From IMG/VR virus record IMGVR_UViG_3300005856_000023, positions 65,011-129,010 of that record: a stretch of DNA of 64,000 bases; one strand, written 5' to 3'. Position 1 is the first letter of the stretch. Every line of letters begins with the position of its first letter. This document shows positions 10,371 through 20,347 of this stretch, piece after piece. The position numbers and the translations under genes were made by a program. The DNA is from a virus. The notes under the pieces were generated by a model. That model was given only the letters and a program-made list of their open reading frames with translations, ran no database searches and was not told the DNA's origin.

Positions 10371-12071
10371 ATGCAACCTAGCAATAAGGATTTTGAAAAG
10401 CTATCCAATGTTGAAAGATTGCTTAAAGGTTTAGTTCAAAATAAGTTAGAACAACAAGACGCTGGTATATCAGAAAGATTGTTAAGAGTTTTAGAAGAAA
10501 TAGCTCCCACTCTGAAATCTGATTTGAGCAATATATTAAGAAGCACAAATCAAACAAGCATAACAATTGAAACACTAAATGGAAATCCTATATTGCAAAG
10601 AATATTTGAAATATATATGACCAATTTAGCACCTCAACTATATAATGGCGATAGATATATCATAACTCTTGATATGGAAGTAGACAAAGATATAGTATTT
10701 AACTTAGCAAAATCACTAGACTTAAACAATATAATCTATGAAGTACTATCTACACTTATAGTAGATGGAAAATGTTATGTTTGGCTAGTTGACTACAGTA
10801 ACATTGAGAAACTACTAAATGTAAACAAAGAAAGTTATGTTTATATAGAGAATACACAAGATTATGATTTTGCCTTCATGCAATTGCGAAATCTACAGAA
10901 TAGTAGCAAAAAAAACGAAAACATTAAAGTCACAATAAGCAATAATAAGTTTCACAGACACACAATGCTATATAAAGCACATATTGTTAACAAAACAAGA
11001 GTTAAAGCTCTTACTTTAGGTAAATTAACAATTGCTTATCTTGTTGTGGGTAATCCATTTACTCAAGATTTGCATACACCTATTAACAGAGAACAAAATA
11101 ATCCAGAAAGAGAGCAATTACTAAGGAATATAACAAATGCTCTTGCGAATGCTATATTTGAACACAATGAAGAAATGCTAAGGAAAATTAAACAAGATTT
11201 AGCAGATCATTTTAGTGAGAGCATCTTTTTAGTTCCTGTAAATAAGATTGTTGAGTTTAAATTTCCTAAACCTTATGATGAAGGTTTAATAAAAGACATT
11301 ATTAGTCTGAGTAACTTGTATAATTTATTGTTACAGAAGATAGCTACAGACATTGTCAACGAAAGAAAGGTATTAAATGTTACTGTGGAAGTTTCTAATC
11401 TATCTAATGCTCATGTATCACATTATCTGCAACAAGCACTCACAATGTTTAAAAGCGAATTAATTCCAGTTAATGATATTATACCAGCTCAGACATTTCC
11501 CAAATTCTTAACACCATACAACATACTTATCATACCAACAAAGAATGGACAAAAATATTTTAACATTGAAGGTTTTACACCTATGGGAGAATATAATCCA
11601 AACTTACAATCTTTATTCGATATGCTACAAAGTATTATAGGCAAGGTAGCTGGCTTACCAGCTTCACATCTAATACAAGAAACAGAAACGGCTCTATTAG
11701 GAATAGTGTCTAGCTACTTTCTAGAGAAAATAATAATGTTACAAGAACCAATTAATCAAGCACTAACAAAACTTATGTTGTACTATATGTATTTGCTAGA
11801 TAAAGATCTTTACTATATGTATGCAGAACTACTCAAAATTGAATTAACGAAACCTGTAAGTCTGATATTTAGCACACTGTCTGAGATATTTTCATCTCTA
11901 TCTACAATGCAGTCTATACAATTGCAAAAGAATGTTAATTTTGATAATCTCATAAAGCAAATACTCGGAGAAAAGTTTTATGAGATGTTAACAAAAGAAA
12001 GCATAAACCTTAATACAAATAATACTGAAGTAGACGAAACTTTTACAACTGAACAATTTCCTTATTCCTAA
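10371..12071 (+). CDS. Portal protein (T4 gp20-like)
   Basis: IVDGK, ERKV...V, IIPTKNG and GLPASHL resemble T4-like portals; divergent from terminase. AGCT-N9-ATG at 10371. Confidence 0.7.
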   Translation: MQPSNKDFEKLSNVERLLKGLVQNKLEQQDAGISERLLRVLEEIAPTLKSDLSNILRSTNQTSITIETLNGNPILQRIFEIYMTNLAPQLYNGDRYIITLDMEVDKDIVFNLAKSLDLNNIIYEVLSTLIVDGKCYVWLVDYSNIEKLLNVNKESYVYIENTQDYDFAFMQLRNLQNSSKKNENIKVTISNNKFHRHTMLYKAHIVNKTRVKALTLGKLTIAYLVVGNPFTQDLHTPINREQNNPEREQLLRNITNALANAIFEHNEEMLRKIKQDLADHFSESIFLVPVNKIVEFKFPKPYDEGLIKDIISLSNLYNLLLQKIATDIVNERKVLNVTVEVSNLSNAHVSHYLQQALTMFKSELIPVNDIIPAQTFPKFLTPYNILIIPTKNGQKYFNIEGFTPMGEYNPNLQSLFDMLQSIIGKVAGLPASHLIQETETALLGIVSSYFLEKIIMLQEPINQALTKLMLYYMYLLDKDLYYMYAELLKIELTKPVSLIFSTLSEIFSSLSTMQSIQLQKNVNFDNLIKQILGEKFYEMLTKESINLNTNNTEVDETFTTEQFPYS

Positions 12072-12089
12072 TTATTTTTTTGCAAAAAA

Positions 12090-12659
12090 TTATGGATACA
12101 ACTCAGCTGTCAGTGGAATATTAACAGATGCATTATATATAGTTGTAGAAGTGTCTATATCTAGTGCTAGTATAGGTATTCTACAATTTGGAGTATTACT
12201 TAAGTTAAATATTTTACTTTCAGATCCAGTAGATAGAACCCATTCCATGTTCGTTGTTTTGATACCATCATTACATCTTATTATATTTGTTTGTACACAG
12301 AGATAAGTTCTAAATAGAGTTGCTGTTATATTGTTTGCTGTTTTGTAACTATCTATCTCACTTTTTGTTATTGTAATTGCTTTTGGTTTAGATATTATTA
12401 GTCCAAAACTTTCACATTGTGCTAGCCCAGGTTGTATTGTAACAACAATATCATTTGGAGAAGATGTCACAACCGCAGGTAGAAATCCTTTTAATGGTCC
12501 TATGAAGTCAAAACGACCTGTAATAGCAAAACCTGGAAAGAGATACTTTATTCTATCAGGTGTATATTTATAAACCTCATCAAAGACAAATAAATAATCT
12601 TCATTATTCATTAGTTGATCTAGCGTTCTTATATCCTGTTGAACAATTGCCACAGACAT
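12090..12659 (-). CDS. Hypothetical, probably virion structural protein
   Basis: 189-aa beta-rich ORF (VTIQPGLA...IPILAL). Confidence 0.55.
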   Translation of the reverse strand: MSVAIVQQDIRTLDQLMNNEDYLFVFDEVYKYTPDRIKYLFPGFAITGRFDFIGPLKGFLPAVVTSSPNDIVVTIQPGLAQCESFGLIISKPKAITITKSEIDSYKTANNITATLFRTYLCVQTNIIRCNDGIKTTNMEWVLSTGSESKIFNLSNTPNCRIPILALDIDTSTTIYNASVNIPLTAELYP

Positions 12660-12693
12660 ATCAAATTTTTGTGCTTACAATAAACAAAAAATT

Positions 12694-13455
12694 TTATCCT
12701 ATGAATTCTTTCTCTTTAAAATCCTGTAAAATATGTAATCTGGGACTGAATATCAAATTATGTTTTGCGCAGAATAATAGTGTCTCATAACTATTGTTTA
12801 ATTGTTTTTCTCTTGTTGCTCCTTCTGGCATAACAAATATGCCAATTGCTTTATTTCTTACTTTTTCTACCAATGACAATATAAATTCCTGGGTTTGTGA
12901 ACTTTCATAAACAAATTTAAGGGAAAAGCTTATGTTGTTTACATTCATATTGTTTAACTGATCTACGAGTTTTGGATACGTATCTACATATTTATGTTGA
13001 TATCTCGTTTCTTTTGGTGATATGCTAAAATGAAATTTTATGTTATTACAATGAACAAAGTCATCTATTATAGGGTTTGTTCCATTTGTTTCTATTATGA
13101 CAAAATCTTTTCCACTATATTCATTCCATAGTTTTGATACTTCAATTATAAATGCTTGTCTATCTTCTGTCATTAAAGGTTCTCCACCAGTAAACATAAG
13201 CAAATAATCTTTTAGCTCATAACTAACATTCTGAACAGAATCAACTATATAGTTTGCTAATATGTAGTTTATCAGTTCCTCTGGACTAAAATCTTTACCT
13301 GGATTTGACCAATTCTCATAGCTATCACAAAATTTACATCTTAGATTACAACTAGCAAATCTGATTAACAATACAGGTAACCCTATATATGCTCCTTCTC
13401 CTTGCAATGTCTTGAAAATTTGATAAATACGCTGTTTATTAACTTTGGTTGTCAT
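12694..13455 (-). CDS. queE: 7-carboxy-7-deazaguanine synthase (radical SAM)
   Basis: IFKTLQGEG, CNLRCKFCDS, TGGEP, IETNGT, SISPK and SPRLH. Confidence 0.93.
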   Translation of the reverse strand: MTTKVNKQRIYQIFKTLQGEGAYIGLPVLLIRFASCNLRCKFCDSYENWSNPGKDFSPEELINYILANYIVDSVQNVSYELKDYLLMFTGGEPLMTEDRQAFIIEVSKLWNEYSGKDFVIIETNGTNPIIDDFVHCNNIKFHFSISPKETRYQHKYVDTYPKLVDQLNNMNVNNISFSLKFVYESSQTQEFILSLVEKVRNKAIGIFVMPEGATREKQLNNSYETLLFCAKHNLIFSPRLHILQDFKEKEFIG

Positions 13456-13501
13456 GCTAATAAATTTAGGTATATTGTAGCAAAAAAAACTAATCTAAAA
13501 G

Positions 13502-13864
13502 TTAATCTTTGTAGATGTTGTAATACGAGAGCAAGTCAATAAACATTAGAAAATCATTTTCGTACGCTTGGAGTTTGTAAATATACTCTCTGTGAACATA
13601 ATCATAATCGTTATACACTAGCTCTATACCTATCAAAATCCAAACACTTTCACCACTTTCCTCCGTTTTTCTATGTAAGAATTGTTCGTTACTTAGTATA
13701 TACAGCTCAGAGTATCCTCTCATGTAATCGTCATTTCTCTTAACCAGAGACGGTTCAGGTAAAAGCATCTCTTCTTCTGTTAATTCTCTATCAAGCACTT
13801 CCATAAACCAGAAAAACTTCTTTCTAAGCTCACTATAAAACTTTCCTTTTTTTGCTAAAGGCAT
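13502..13864 (-). CDS. Hypothetical protein (island)
   Basis: SD AGGAGGTG upstream; 120 aa. Confidence 0.75.
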   Translation of the reverse strand: MPLAKKGKFYSELRKKFFWFMEVLDRELTEEEMLLPEPSLVKRNDDYMRGYSELYILSNEQFLHRKTEESGESVWILIGIELVYNDYDYVHREYIYKLQAYENDFLMFIDLLSYYNIYKD

Positions 13865-13879
13865 AGCACCACCTCCTTT

Positions 13880-14386
13880 TTAGGTTTGATTATGATTTTT
13901 TTCTCTTTGGATATGCGTGTAGAATAGAGAACTTAGTGTTATGTCTTCGTATCTTTTCCAAACGAGTTTCAAAAACTCCCGTTTTGGCTTTATTGCAGAC
14001 CACGTGGGTGATCTATCTACAGCCCTTAGTACTTTTTCTATAGTTTCTTGCCTGACCATTGCAATAGGATAACTTTCTTGTTCCAGTAGTTCTCTTCTAA
14101 GATACACAATAAAAGGCAAAGGTGCAAAGGTGTAATGTCTTATGTGTATCCTAATAGAACACGTAGTAAGACTTACCCACTCCGTTAGAGGAACTGCATG
14201 AACAAGTCCCTCGTCTTCTATATGGAAAATTAGCACGTATTCTTCGGGCATCCAGAAAAGAACTCTAATTTGTCCAACCTGAACAGGGACCCTTGCTTCT
14301 TCCTTTACTTTAAGCCTTTCTGTCCCCAAACTGTCTTTATAGAATTTCAGAGAAGCCTTAAGCTCTTTTATATCCCTCATATCCAA
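13880..14386 (-). CDS. Hypothetical protein, paralog of 16828..17340
   Basis: Shares LFWMP, LVHAVPLT, WVSLTTCSI and SPTWSAIKP with its paralog; SD present. Confidence 0.8.
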   Translation of the reverse strand: MDMRDIKELKASLKFYKDSLGTERLKVKEEARVPVQVGQIRVLFWMPEEYVLIFHIEDEGLVHAVPLTEWVSLTTCSIRIHIRHYTFAPLPFIVYLRRELLEQESYPIAMVRQETIEKVLRAVDRSPTWSAIKPKREFLKLVWKRYEDITLSSLFYTHIQREKNHNQT

Positions 14387-14387
14387 C

Positions 14388-15400
14388 CACCTCCTTTAAA
14401 AGTTTTTCTTGTATACAAATTTAGATAGTTTTTTAACACATTCTTAAAGTGGATTATAAGCAAAAATTTCATGAACTACAACATATAATAAACTACATTT
14501 TACCAAAGATTTAAAGGTTCAACAACTAAAATGTAATAGTCATAGCGAAAGAAAAAGAAAAATCTATCCTTTCTGTTGCAAGGTATTACATATTTGCAAT
14601 CTACATAATCTATCAAGTAAAGTAAAGCGTTCTTCTCATCATTAGGTTTAGTCAATCTTCTCAAAAATACGTCTCCACCAAATCTCCCTGTCATCAACAT
14701 GTTCTACCACGACCTTGCCTCCTTGCTTGTTTTCAATTTGCTGGGCTTCGCCCCTGGTTTGTAACTCTTTCATGATTTCACCTCCTGTAATTTTTCTTTT
14801 ATGAGATTTATTACCTCCTCAGCCAACTCCTTTCTTTCTCTCCTTGGCATCCAATCCCAGTCTGGGTTCCCTTTAAATACAATGTTTAGGATTTCATCAG
14901 GTTCCAGCCTATCAATGTAATATTTCAACCAGTTTTTCCACAAGTCCAAAACCCACTGATCTGTATCTTTTATCTCCTTCCTTGCAATCAGTTCTTTCTT
15001 AAGAAGGTCTAACCACTCCTCCACACTTAGCCCTGCCCATTTCTCCTCCTTTCCTGCTAACTCTTCAATTCTTTCATAAATTTCCCAAGCTAACTCCTTC
15101 CTTTCCTCAGCCTCTAAATTGTTCCACTCGTCCATTCCACTCAAGAATGTGTCCATAATGGAAGCCAAACTCCACCCCCAACTCCTTTCAGGAGTAGTAT
15201 CTAACCAAATCAGTAGTCCTTTTGCCCAGTTTCTTGGCTTTCTAAGATAGTCATAGTAAAGACTGTCCCTTAGAAATTCAATAAATTGATTGACCAAAGC
15301 TTCCCTATCCATATCACCACCTCCTTTTTGGCTTTGCTGGGATACCCTCCCAGCGGGGGTTTGAACTTGCTCCTTCTTTTCCATGGCTTCACCTCCTTTT
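14388..15400. repeat. ~1-kb direct repeat, copy A (includes cassette copy 2)
   Basis: Near-identical to ~18067..19090. Confidence 0.92.
14500..14700 (-). CDS. Small hypothetical protein (identical copy at 18181..18381)
   Basis: 66-aa ORF. It overlaps an SD-led 41-aa ORF (14648..14773, MKELQTRGE...), so this may be a frameshifted or chimeric locus. Confidence 0.4.
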   Translation of the reverse strand: MLMTGRFGGDVFLRRLTKPNDEKNALLYLIDYVDCKYVIPCNRKDRFFFFFRYDYYILVVEPLNLW

Positions 15401-15411
15401 AAAGTTTTCAT
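14770..15411 (-). CDS. Hypothetical Trp/Glu-rich protein with internal repeat (copy A)
   Basis: Two ERKELA-containing modules; nearly identical to 18451..19098. Confidence 0.8.
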   Translation of the reverse strand: MKTLKGGEAMEKKEQVQTPAGRVSQQSQKGGGDMDREALVNQFIEFLRDSLYYDYLRKPRNWAKGLLIWLDTTPERSWGWSLASIMDTFLSGMDEWNNLEAEERKELAWEIYERIEELAGKEEKWAGLSVEEWLDLLKKELIARKEIKDTDQWVLDLWKNWLKYYIDRLEPDEILNIVFKGNPDWDWMPRRERKELAEEVINLIKEKLQEVKS

Positions 15412-15418
15412 AGTTTTA

Positions 15419-15447
15419 ATTATATACTTAGTCTAAAACTCTGTCAA
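15419..15447 (-). promoter_or_regulatory. Consensus sigma70 promoter
   Basis: TTGACA-N17-TATAAT, 7 nt before the ATG at 15411. An ATGAT-N4-ATCAT palindrome lies upstream (15458..15471). Confidence 0.85.
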
Positions 15448-15473
15448 GGACTTTTTTATGATTTCCATCATAA

Positions 15474-16232
15474 TTAAAGATTAAAGATAGCTTGCAAGTA
15501 TGCAAGGTAGATGCTGTCTCCTAAACCTGCCCCCACCATGAGGTTAGCCAAAAAGGACAAAAGCCCAGCCTTTGAAACCTTGACTTCCCTCCATCTTTCA
15601 TTTTCCAAGTCTATAAAAAGCTCTCCCGGAATTTCCGCCCCCATCCCTATAGTTCCAGCGTAAAGCTGATAAGCGTAGATGTGCGGGGACACGGGCAGGT
15701 TCAGCTTTGAAAGTTTTCTCACAATCTCTTCTGCCACCTCTTCCACTTGCCCCTGCAAAACCTTCCTCAACCATGAGTGATACTGAAAAATTGCAAGTTC
15801 GTTCAAGGGTAAATCGTTTCTAATGATCAGCCAGAACAAAGCTTCTCCACCGCCATATGAAGCATTCCATATCTGATCTGGTTCTCGGAAATAACAATGC
15901 CCTACTTCATGAATGATTATGTGCTCTGCCGGGTTTTCATCTCTGAATGACACCACCCCCTCTTCTATGAAAGCCACCCCGCCCGTCCTGCTGGCATAGG
16001 CGGGGAGCTTAGCAGTCTCTCTTTCAAACTCTTCTTTTGTAATAGCCTTCATCTCAAAAAGCATCTCAAGGAATGCAAGATGATCTACCGCTTCAGGATT
16101 GCGGTCTGCCACGGCAAACTCCTCTTTCCACGGGATGACTTCTACGCTTTTAGAAAATTCAACGAAGTCTTGAAATTTCCTCTTGATAAGAGGAAAGCTT
16201 GGGCATCTCACGAGGTAGTCGTAAGCTTTCAT
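15474..16232 (-). CDS. Putative zincin-type metallopeptidase
   Basis: IIHEVGH (HExxH) motif. Confidence 0.55.
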   Translation of the reverse strand: MKAYDYLVRCPSFPLIKRKFQDFVEFSKSVEVIPWKEEFAVADRNPEAVDHLAFLEMLFEMKAITKEEFERETAKLPAYASRTGGVAFIEEGVVSFRDENPAEHIIIHEVGHCYFREPDQIWNASYGGGEALFWLIIRNDLPLNELAIFQYHSWLRKVLQGQVEEVAEEIVRKLSKLNLPVSPHIYAYQLYAGTIGMGAEIPGELFIDLENERWREVKVSKAGLLSFLANLMVGAGLGDSIYLAYLQAIFNL

Positions 16233-16244
16233 CTTGTCCCCTCC

Positions 16245-16766
16245 TTATTCAAGTTCTTTCAAAAGTTCTTCATCTTCAACGGGCAATTCTTCTACTCTAC
16301 CGTCTATATGAAGTATAGTTATGCCTCTTGGCGGTGCTCCATATAGCCTCCCCGTTCTGCTCCATTTAATTTTTATTGCTTCGCTTGATGTTTCTACCAA
16401 CACGCCCTCACTCACTCCCAAAGATCCTCTTGGTGACGAATATTCCCAAAACTTATACACTTTACAGTCTTCACAATCATACACTTCTAAGCTACTATCT
16501 CCCCTATAACCACACCCTTTGATGTAATAAAAAACATTTTTATTCGTGTCGGGTTTGAGTATAAGGGTTCTATCGCTCTTTCCCTGTTCTATTCTTGCAC
16601 CTTTGGCTGGAAAGATGAACCTTCTCGCTTCAATAAGTTCTTCGCTCAGAAGCTTTCTATTGATCCATAGCAGATAAGTAGGTCTGCCGTGAGTTTCTGC
16701 ACCGATTTCCACATAATAAAACACCTTACCGTCCGCTTCCTTCTCATAAAGATATAGCTTTACCAT
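16245..16766 (-). CDS. Hypothetical protein (island)
   Basis: SD AGGAGGTG; 173 aa. Confidence 0.8.
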   Translation of the reverse strand: MVKLYLYEKEADGKVFYYVEIGAETHGRPTYLLWINRKLLSEELIEARRFIFPAKGARIEQGKSDRTLILKPDTNKNVFYYIKGCGYRGDSSLEVYDCEDCKVYKFWEYSSPRGSLGVSEGVLVETSSEAIKIKWSRTGRLYGAPPRGITILHIDGRVEELPVEDEELLKELE

Positions 16767-16827
16767 TGCATCACCTCCTTTCCCTTGTTTTAATCATCTA
16801 CTAAGTTATATATAACCCCCCCTTCCC

Positions 16828-17340
16828 TCATTTCCTGACACTCTCCCTAAGGCTATACGTGTAGAATAGAGAATTTAGTATTATGTCTTCGTATCTTTTC
16901 CAGACGAGCTTTAGAAAGTCCCTTATGGGTTTTATGGCGGACCAGGTGGGAGAGGTCTCTACGTCCTTTAAAACCTTTTCTATTGTGTCTGGACGGACTT
17001 TGTAGACGGGGACTCCCTCTTCTTCCAGAATTTCCTTTCTGATATAGACCACAAAGGGCAAGGGTGCATAGAGTTTGGGAAAGCCCACCACATACTCGGG
17101 AAGATGAATTTTGATGGAACAGGTGGTGAGGCTGACCCACACAGTCAAGGGCACCGCATGGACAAGGCCATCCTCTTCCACATGGAACACAAGGACATAT
17201 TCATTGGGCATCCAGAAGAGGTTTCTGAGCTGGCCTATCTCAACGGGTTGTCTTTTATCTTCCTTGACCCTTAACCTTTCCTCTCCTAAGCTCTCCTTGT
17301 ACAGTTTCAGAAACATTCTCAGTTCTTCCTTGTCTAACAT
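16828..17340 (-). CDS. Hypothetical protein, paralog of 13880..14386
   Basis: Clear protein similarity to the paralog, with visibly higher GC; SD present. Confidence 0.8.
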   Translation of the reverse strand: MLDKEELRMFLKLYKESLGEERLRVKEDKRQPVEIGQLRNLFWMPNEYVLVFHVEEDGLVHAVPLTVWVSLTTCSIKIHLPEYVVGFPKLYAPLPFVVYIRKEILEEEGVPVYKVRPDTIEKVLKDVETSPTWSAIKPIRDFLKLVWKRYEDIILNSLFYTYSLRESVRK

Positions 17341-17409
17341 GGCTTCACCTCCTTTTAAGTTTTTTTGCTAGGCTTAAATAACCCACCCCACTGCGGCGGT
17401 GGGATAAAA

Positions 17410-18063
17410 TTAAGGGTAATAGACATACATGTCATAGCCTTCCTCAAAACCTTCTTTCTCTAAATTCACCTTTAAATCCTCCAATAGTCCTTTTCTCTCC
17501 TGTGGTTTCAGCGTTGCAAGTTTCTCAAAGAGGTCGCCAAACTCCTTCAACCACTTCTGATAATATCTTTCTATGTATGCCCTGAAAGCCCTTTCTCCGC
17601 TCTCTAAAACATCTTCATCCTTTAGAAGCATTCTTATCACCCAAACCAACTTGTGCCATTTCTCCGCCTTTTCTTTTTCCTCCTGAGTCCAGTTCTCCTC
17701 TACCGCTACACCCGACAGTCTTCTGTCTCTCACATCTTTAAAGAGGGATAAGACCGATTCCTTGTTCCAAATCTGGATAACCTCATTGTTCCATTCGGGT
17801 TCCACATAAACCAAGTTCCCTCCTATTTCAACTCCAATATAATCCAATCTTTCTAATGCATAAGGATTATCTGGACTTACCCTTTTTACTAACCAAACAT
17901 TCCTAGCATCATCAAGTGGACAAAGCCACCAACGGATTGGCCAATACCAGTCCAAGTTTTGAATGGTAAATTTCCAGGGTACAGAAGGAACTTGTGGCTT
18001 CTCATCATACAAACGGACAAGCATAACATCTACTTCAAATTGGATTTGTTGCAACTCTTTCAT
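17410..18063 (-). CDS. Hypothetical protein (island)
   Basis: Follows cassette copy 3; SD present. Confidence 0.8.
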   Translation of the reverse strand: MKELQQIQFEVDVMLVRLYDEKPQVPSVPWKFTIQNLDWYWPIRWWLCPLDDARNVWLVKRVSPDNPYALERLDYIGVEIGGNLVYVEPEWNNEVIQIWNKESVLSLFKDVRDRRLSGVAVEENWTQEEKEKAEKWHKLVWVIRMLLKDEDVLESGERAFRAYIERYYQKWLKEFGDLFEKLATLKPQERKGLLEDLKVNLEKEGFEEGYDMYVYYP

Positions 18064-19090
18064 GTTACACCTCCTTTAAAAGTTTTTCTTGTATACAAAT
18101 TTAGACAGTTTTTTTAACACATTCTTAAAGTGGATTATAAGTAAAAATTTCATGAACTACAACATATAATAAACTACATTTTACCAAAGATTTAAAGGTT
18201 CAACAACTAAAATGTAATAGTCATAGCGAAAGAAAAAGAAAAATCTATCCTTTCTGTTGCAAGGTATTACATATTTGCAATCTACATAATCTATCAAGTA
18301 AAGTAAAGCGTTCTTCTCATCATTAGGTTTAGTCAATCTTCTCAAAAATACGTCTCCACCAAATCTCCCTGTCATCAACATGTTCTACCACGACCTTGCC
18401 TCCTTGCTTGTTTTCAATTTGCTGGGCTTCGCCCCTGGTTTGTAACTCTTTCATGATTTCACCTCCTGTAATTTTTCTTTTATGAGATTTATTACCTCCT
18501 CAGCCAACTCCTTTCTTTCTCTCCTTGGCATCCAATCCCAGTCTGGGTTCCCTTTAAATACAATGTTTAGGATTTCATCAGGTTCCAGCCTATCAATGTA
18601 ATATTTCAACCAGTTTTTCCATAGGTCCCTAACCCACTCTTCCGAATCTCTTATCTCCTTCCTTGCAATCAGTTCCTTCTTCAGAAGGTCTACCCACTCC
18701 TCCACACTTAGCCCTGCCCATTTCTCCTCCTTTCCTGCTAACTCTTCAATTCTTTCATAAATTTCCCAAGCTAACTCCTTCCTTTCCTCAGCCTCTAAAT
18801 TGTTCCACTCGTCCATTCCACTCAAGAATGTGTCCATAATGGAAGCCAAACTCCACCCCCAACTCCTTTCAGGAGTAGTATCTAACCAAATCAGTAGTCC
18901 TTTTGCCCAGTTTCTTGGCTTTCTAAGATAGTCATAGTAAAGACTGTCCCTTAGAAACTCAATAAATTGATTGAGTAGGGCTTCCCTATCCATATCAACA
19001 TCTCCTTCATCGGTTTGGCTTTGCTGGGATACACTCCCAGCGGGGGTTTGAACTTGCTCCTTCCTTTCCATGACTTTACCTCCTCTTAAG
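18061..19090. repeat. ~1-kb direct repeat, copy B (includes cassette copy 3)
   Basis: Near-identical to 14388..15400. Confidence 0.92.
18181..18381 (-). CDS. Small hypothetical protein (duplicate)
   Basis: Identical translation to 14500..14700. Confidence 0.4.
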   Translation of the reverse strand: MLMTGRFGGDVFLRRLTKPNDEKNALLYLIDYVDCKYVIPCNRKDRFFFFFRYDYYILVVEPLNLW

Positions 19091-19098
19091 GTTTTCAT
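18451..19098 (-). CDS. Hypothetical Trp/Glu-rich protein (copy B)
   Basis: Duplicate of 14770..15411; CTAAAATT at -14 from the ATG at 19098. Confidence 0.8.
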   Translation of the reverse strand: MKTLRGGKVMERKEQVQTPAGSVSQQSQTDEGDVDMDREALLNQFIEFLRDSLYYDYLRKPRNWAKGLLIWLDTTPERSWGWSLASIMDTFLSGMDEWNNLEAEERKELAWEIYERIEELAGKEEKWAGLSVEEWVDLLKKELIARKEIRDSEEWVRDLWKNWLKYYIDRLEPDEILNIVFKGNPDWDWMPRRERKELAEEVINLIKEKLQEVKS

Positions 19099-19249
19099 AA
19101 TTTTAATTTTAGACAAGTTTAGACGTAGTCAAGGTTTTTTTATGATTTTTATCATGTTTCCTTTCATGGTAGAAAAATAGCCTGCAAGTATGCAGAATAT
19201 ATGCCGTCTCCCAAGCCCGCCCCAACTATGAGATTAGCAAAGAAGGAAC

Positions 19250-19555
19250 ATACTATGCGGGCAAGCAACTTCTGAAAGAGATTGAAGATGCACTGCGAGA
19301 AGGGAAAACGGAACTTGTGAATAAAGCGGTCAAATGGTGGGTCTACGATAAGCAGCTATACAGGCTAAAAACGATTGCATGGACGGAGACTGCACATGCT
19401 TATATGAAAGCAACGGTGGAACTCATAAAGGATGAAGAAGAGATAGTGGGCTATCAGTGGAGGCTGTCAAAAAGCCATCCGAGGGCAGATATCTGCGATG
19501 TTTATGCAAACGTGGATTATGGGCTTGGTAGAGGCGTGCATCCAAAAAAAACAGT
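19250..19555 (+). pseudogene. Fragment of a phage head-morphogenesis (Mu gpF / SPP1 gp7-like) gene
   Basis: RLKTIAWTETAHAY...GYQWRLSKSHPRADICDVYA resembles the minor-capsid C-terminal domain. Truncated, and opposite to island orientation. Confidence 0.6.
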
Positions 19556-19572
19556 AACCCTTTCCTTCTTCT

Positions 19573-20337
19573 TCATACTAACTCTTCAGCTGATCTTTCA
19601 ATACATGATTTATCATACTTTAGACGGCTTCTTATGGTATCGCTCGCTGAAATTAGACATACTTCCCTGCTCCACCATGCTTCTTCTACGCAATTCTTCA
19701 ATTTCTTGTGAAGGTAGATATACCCCCACCGCTCAGGTTCATCCTCATCTATCTCCACCTTTTCTATATATTTCTTTAAAAGCAACGGGCTTATTTCATA
19801 CAGCATATTCAAAAACTCTTCTATTCTACCGCTTGAGCTTTCTATTAACTTGCTATTAATATTCTTGTTCCTGTAATCAAACCAGAAAGGATTATAAAAT
19901 GTAGTATGAGGATGGAACATTCTCGGTTCTCTTTTTACCATTAAACTTTTCCATCCATCTTGTCCATCTTGATTCTTGTGTTCTGGATGCAGTAGTTTTA
20001 TGAAATCTTCTAAATTCATCGCTTCATCTAGCTCTACACTTCTTAGCCTTATGTGATAATCATCAGGGAAAATATAAGAGGCAAGAGTGATGAAATCTTC
20101 TATACGCAGATGTCCAACGCCTTTCCAGTTGCTTTTTGTGAAATTTAGACTTAGCAACCAATCCAACAAATATTCGCGATTTAATTTCCATTTGTAAGGG
20201 TTCTTGCGCAGACTATTCCTCATAAATGTTATTTCAACATGTTTTTCTGTTAAATTAAGCTCATAATCTGGGTATTTATATTCACAGTTTGGGTCTCCAC
20301 ATCTGTGTGTTAGCAAAGATATGTTTACTTTTTTCAT
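19573..20337 (-). CDS. Hypothetical protein (island)
   Basis: SD AGGAGGTG before the ATG at 20337; N-terminal CGDPNC. Confidence 0.75.
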   Translation of the reverse strand: MKKVNISLLTHRCGDPNCEYKYPDYELNLTEKHVEITFMRNSLRKNPYKWKLNREYLLDWLLSLNFTKSNWKGVGHLRIEDFITLASYIFPDDYHIRLRSVELDEAMNLEDFIKLLHPEHKNQDGQDGWKSLMVKREPRMFHPHTTFYNPFWFDYRNKNINSKLIESSSGRIEEFLNMLYEISPLLLKKYIEKVEIDEDEPERWGYIYLHKKLKNCVEEAWWSREVCLISASDTIRSRLKYDKSCIERSAEELV

Positions 20338-20347
20338 CTCTGACACC

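Noticed and set aside
14388-19090. 1-kb repeat pair as a diversity-generating retroelement template/variable pair
   Set aside because: There is no reverse transcriptase in the window, and the differences are clustered patches involving all bases rather than adenine-specific changes.
19317-19859. 180-aa plus-strand ORF as an intact gene
   Set aside because: Only the first ~78 codons look like a minor-capsid fragment; the rest is antisense read-through into 19573..20337.
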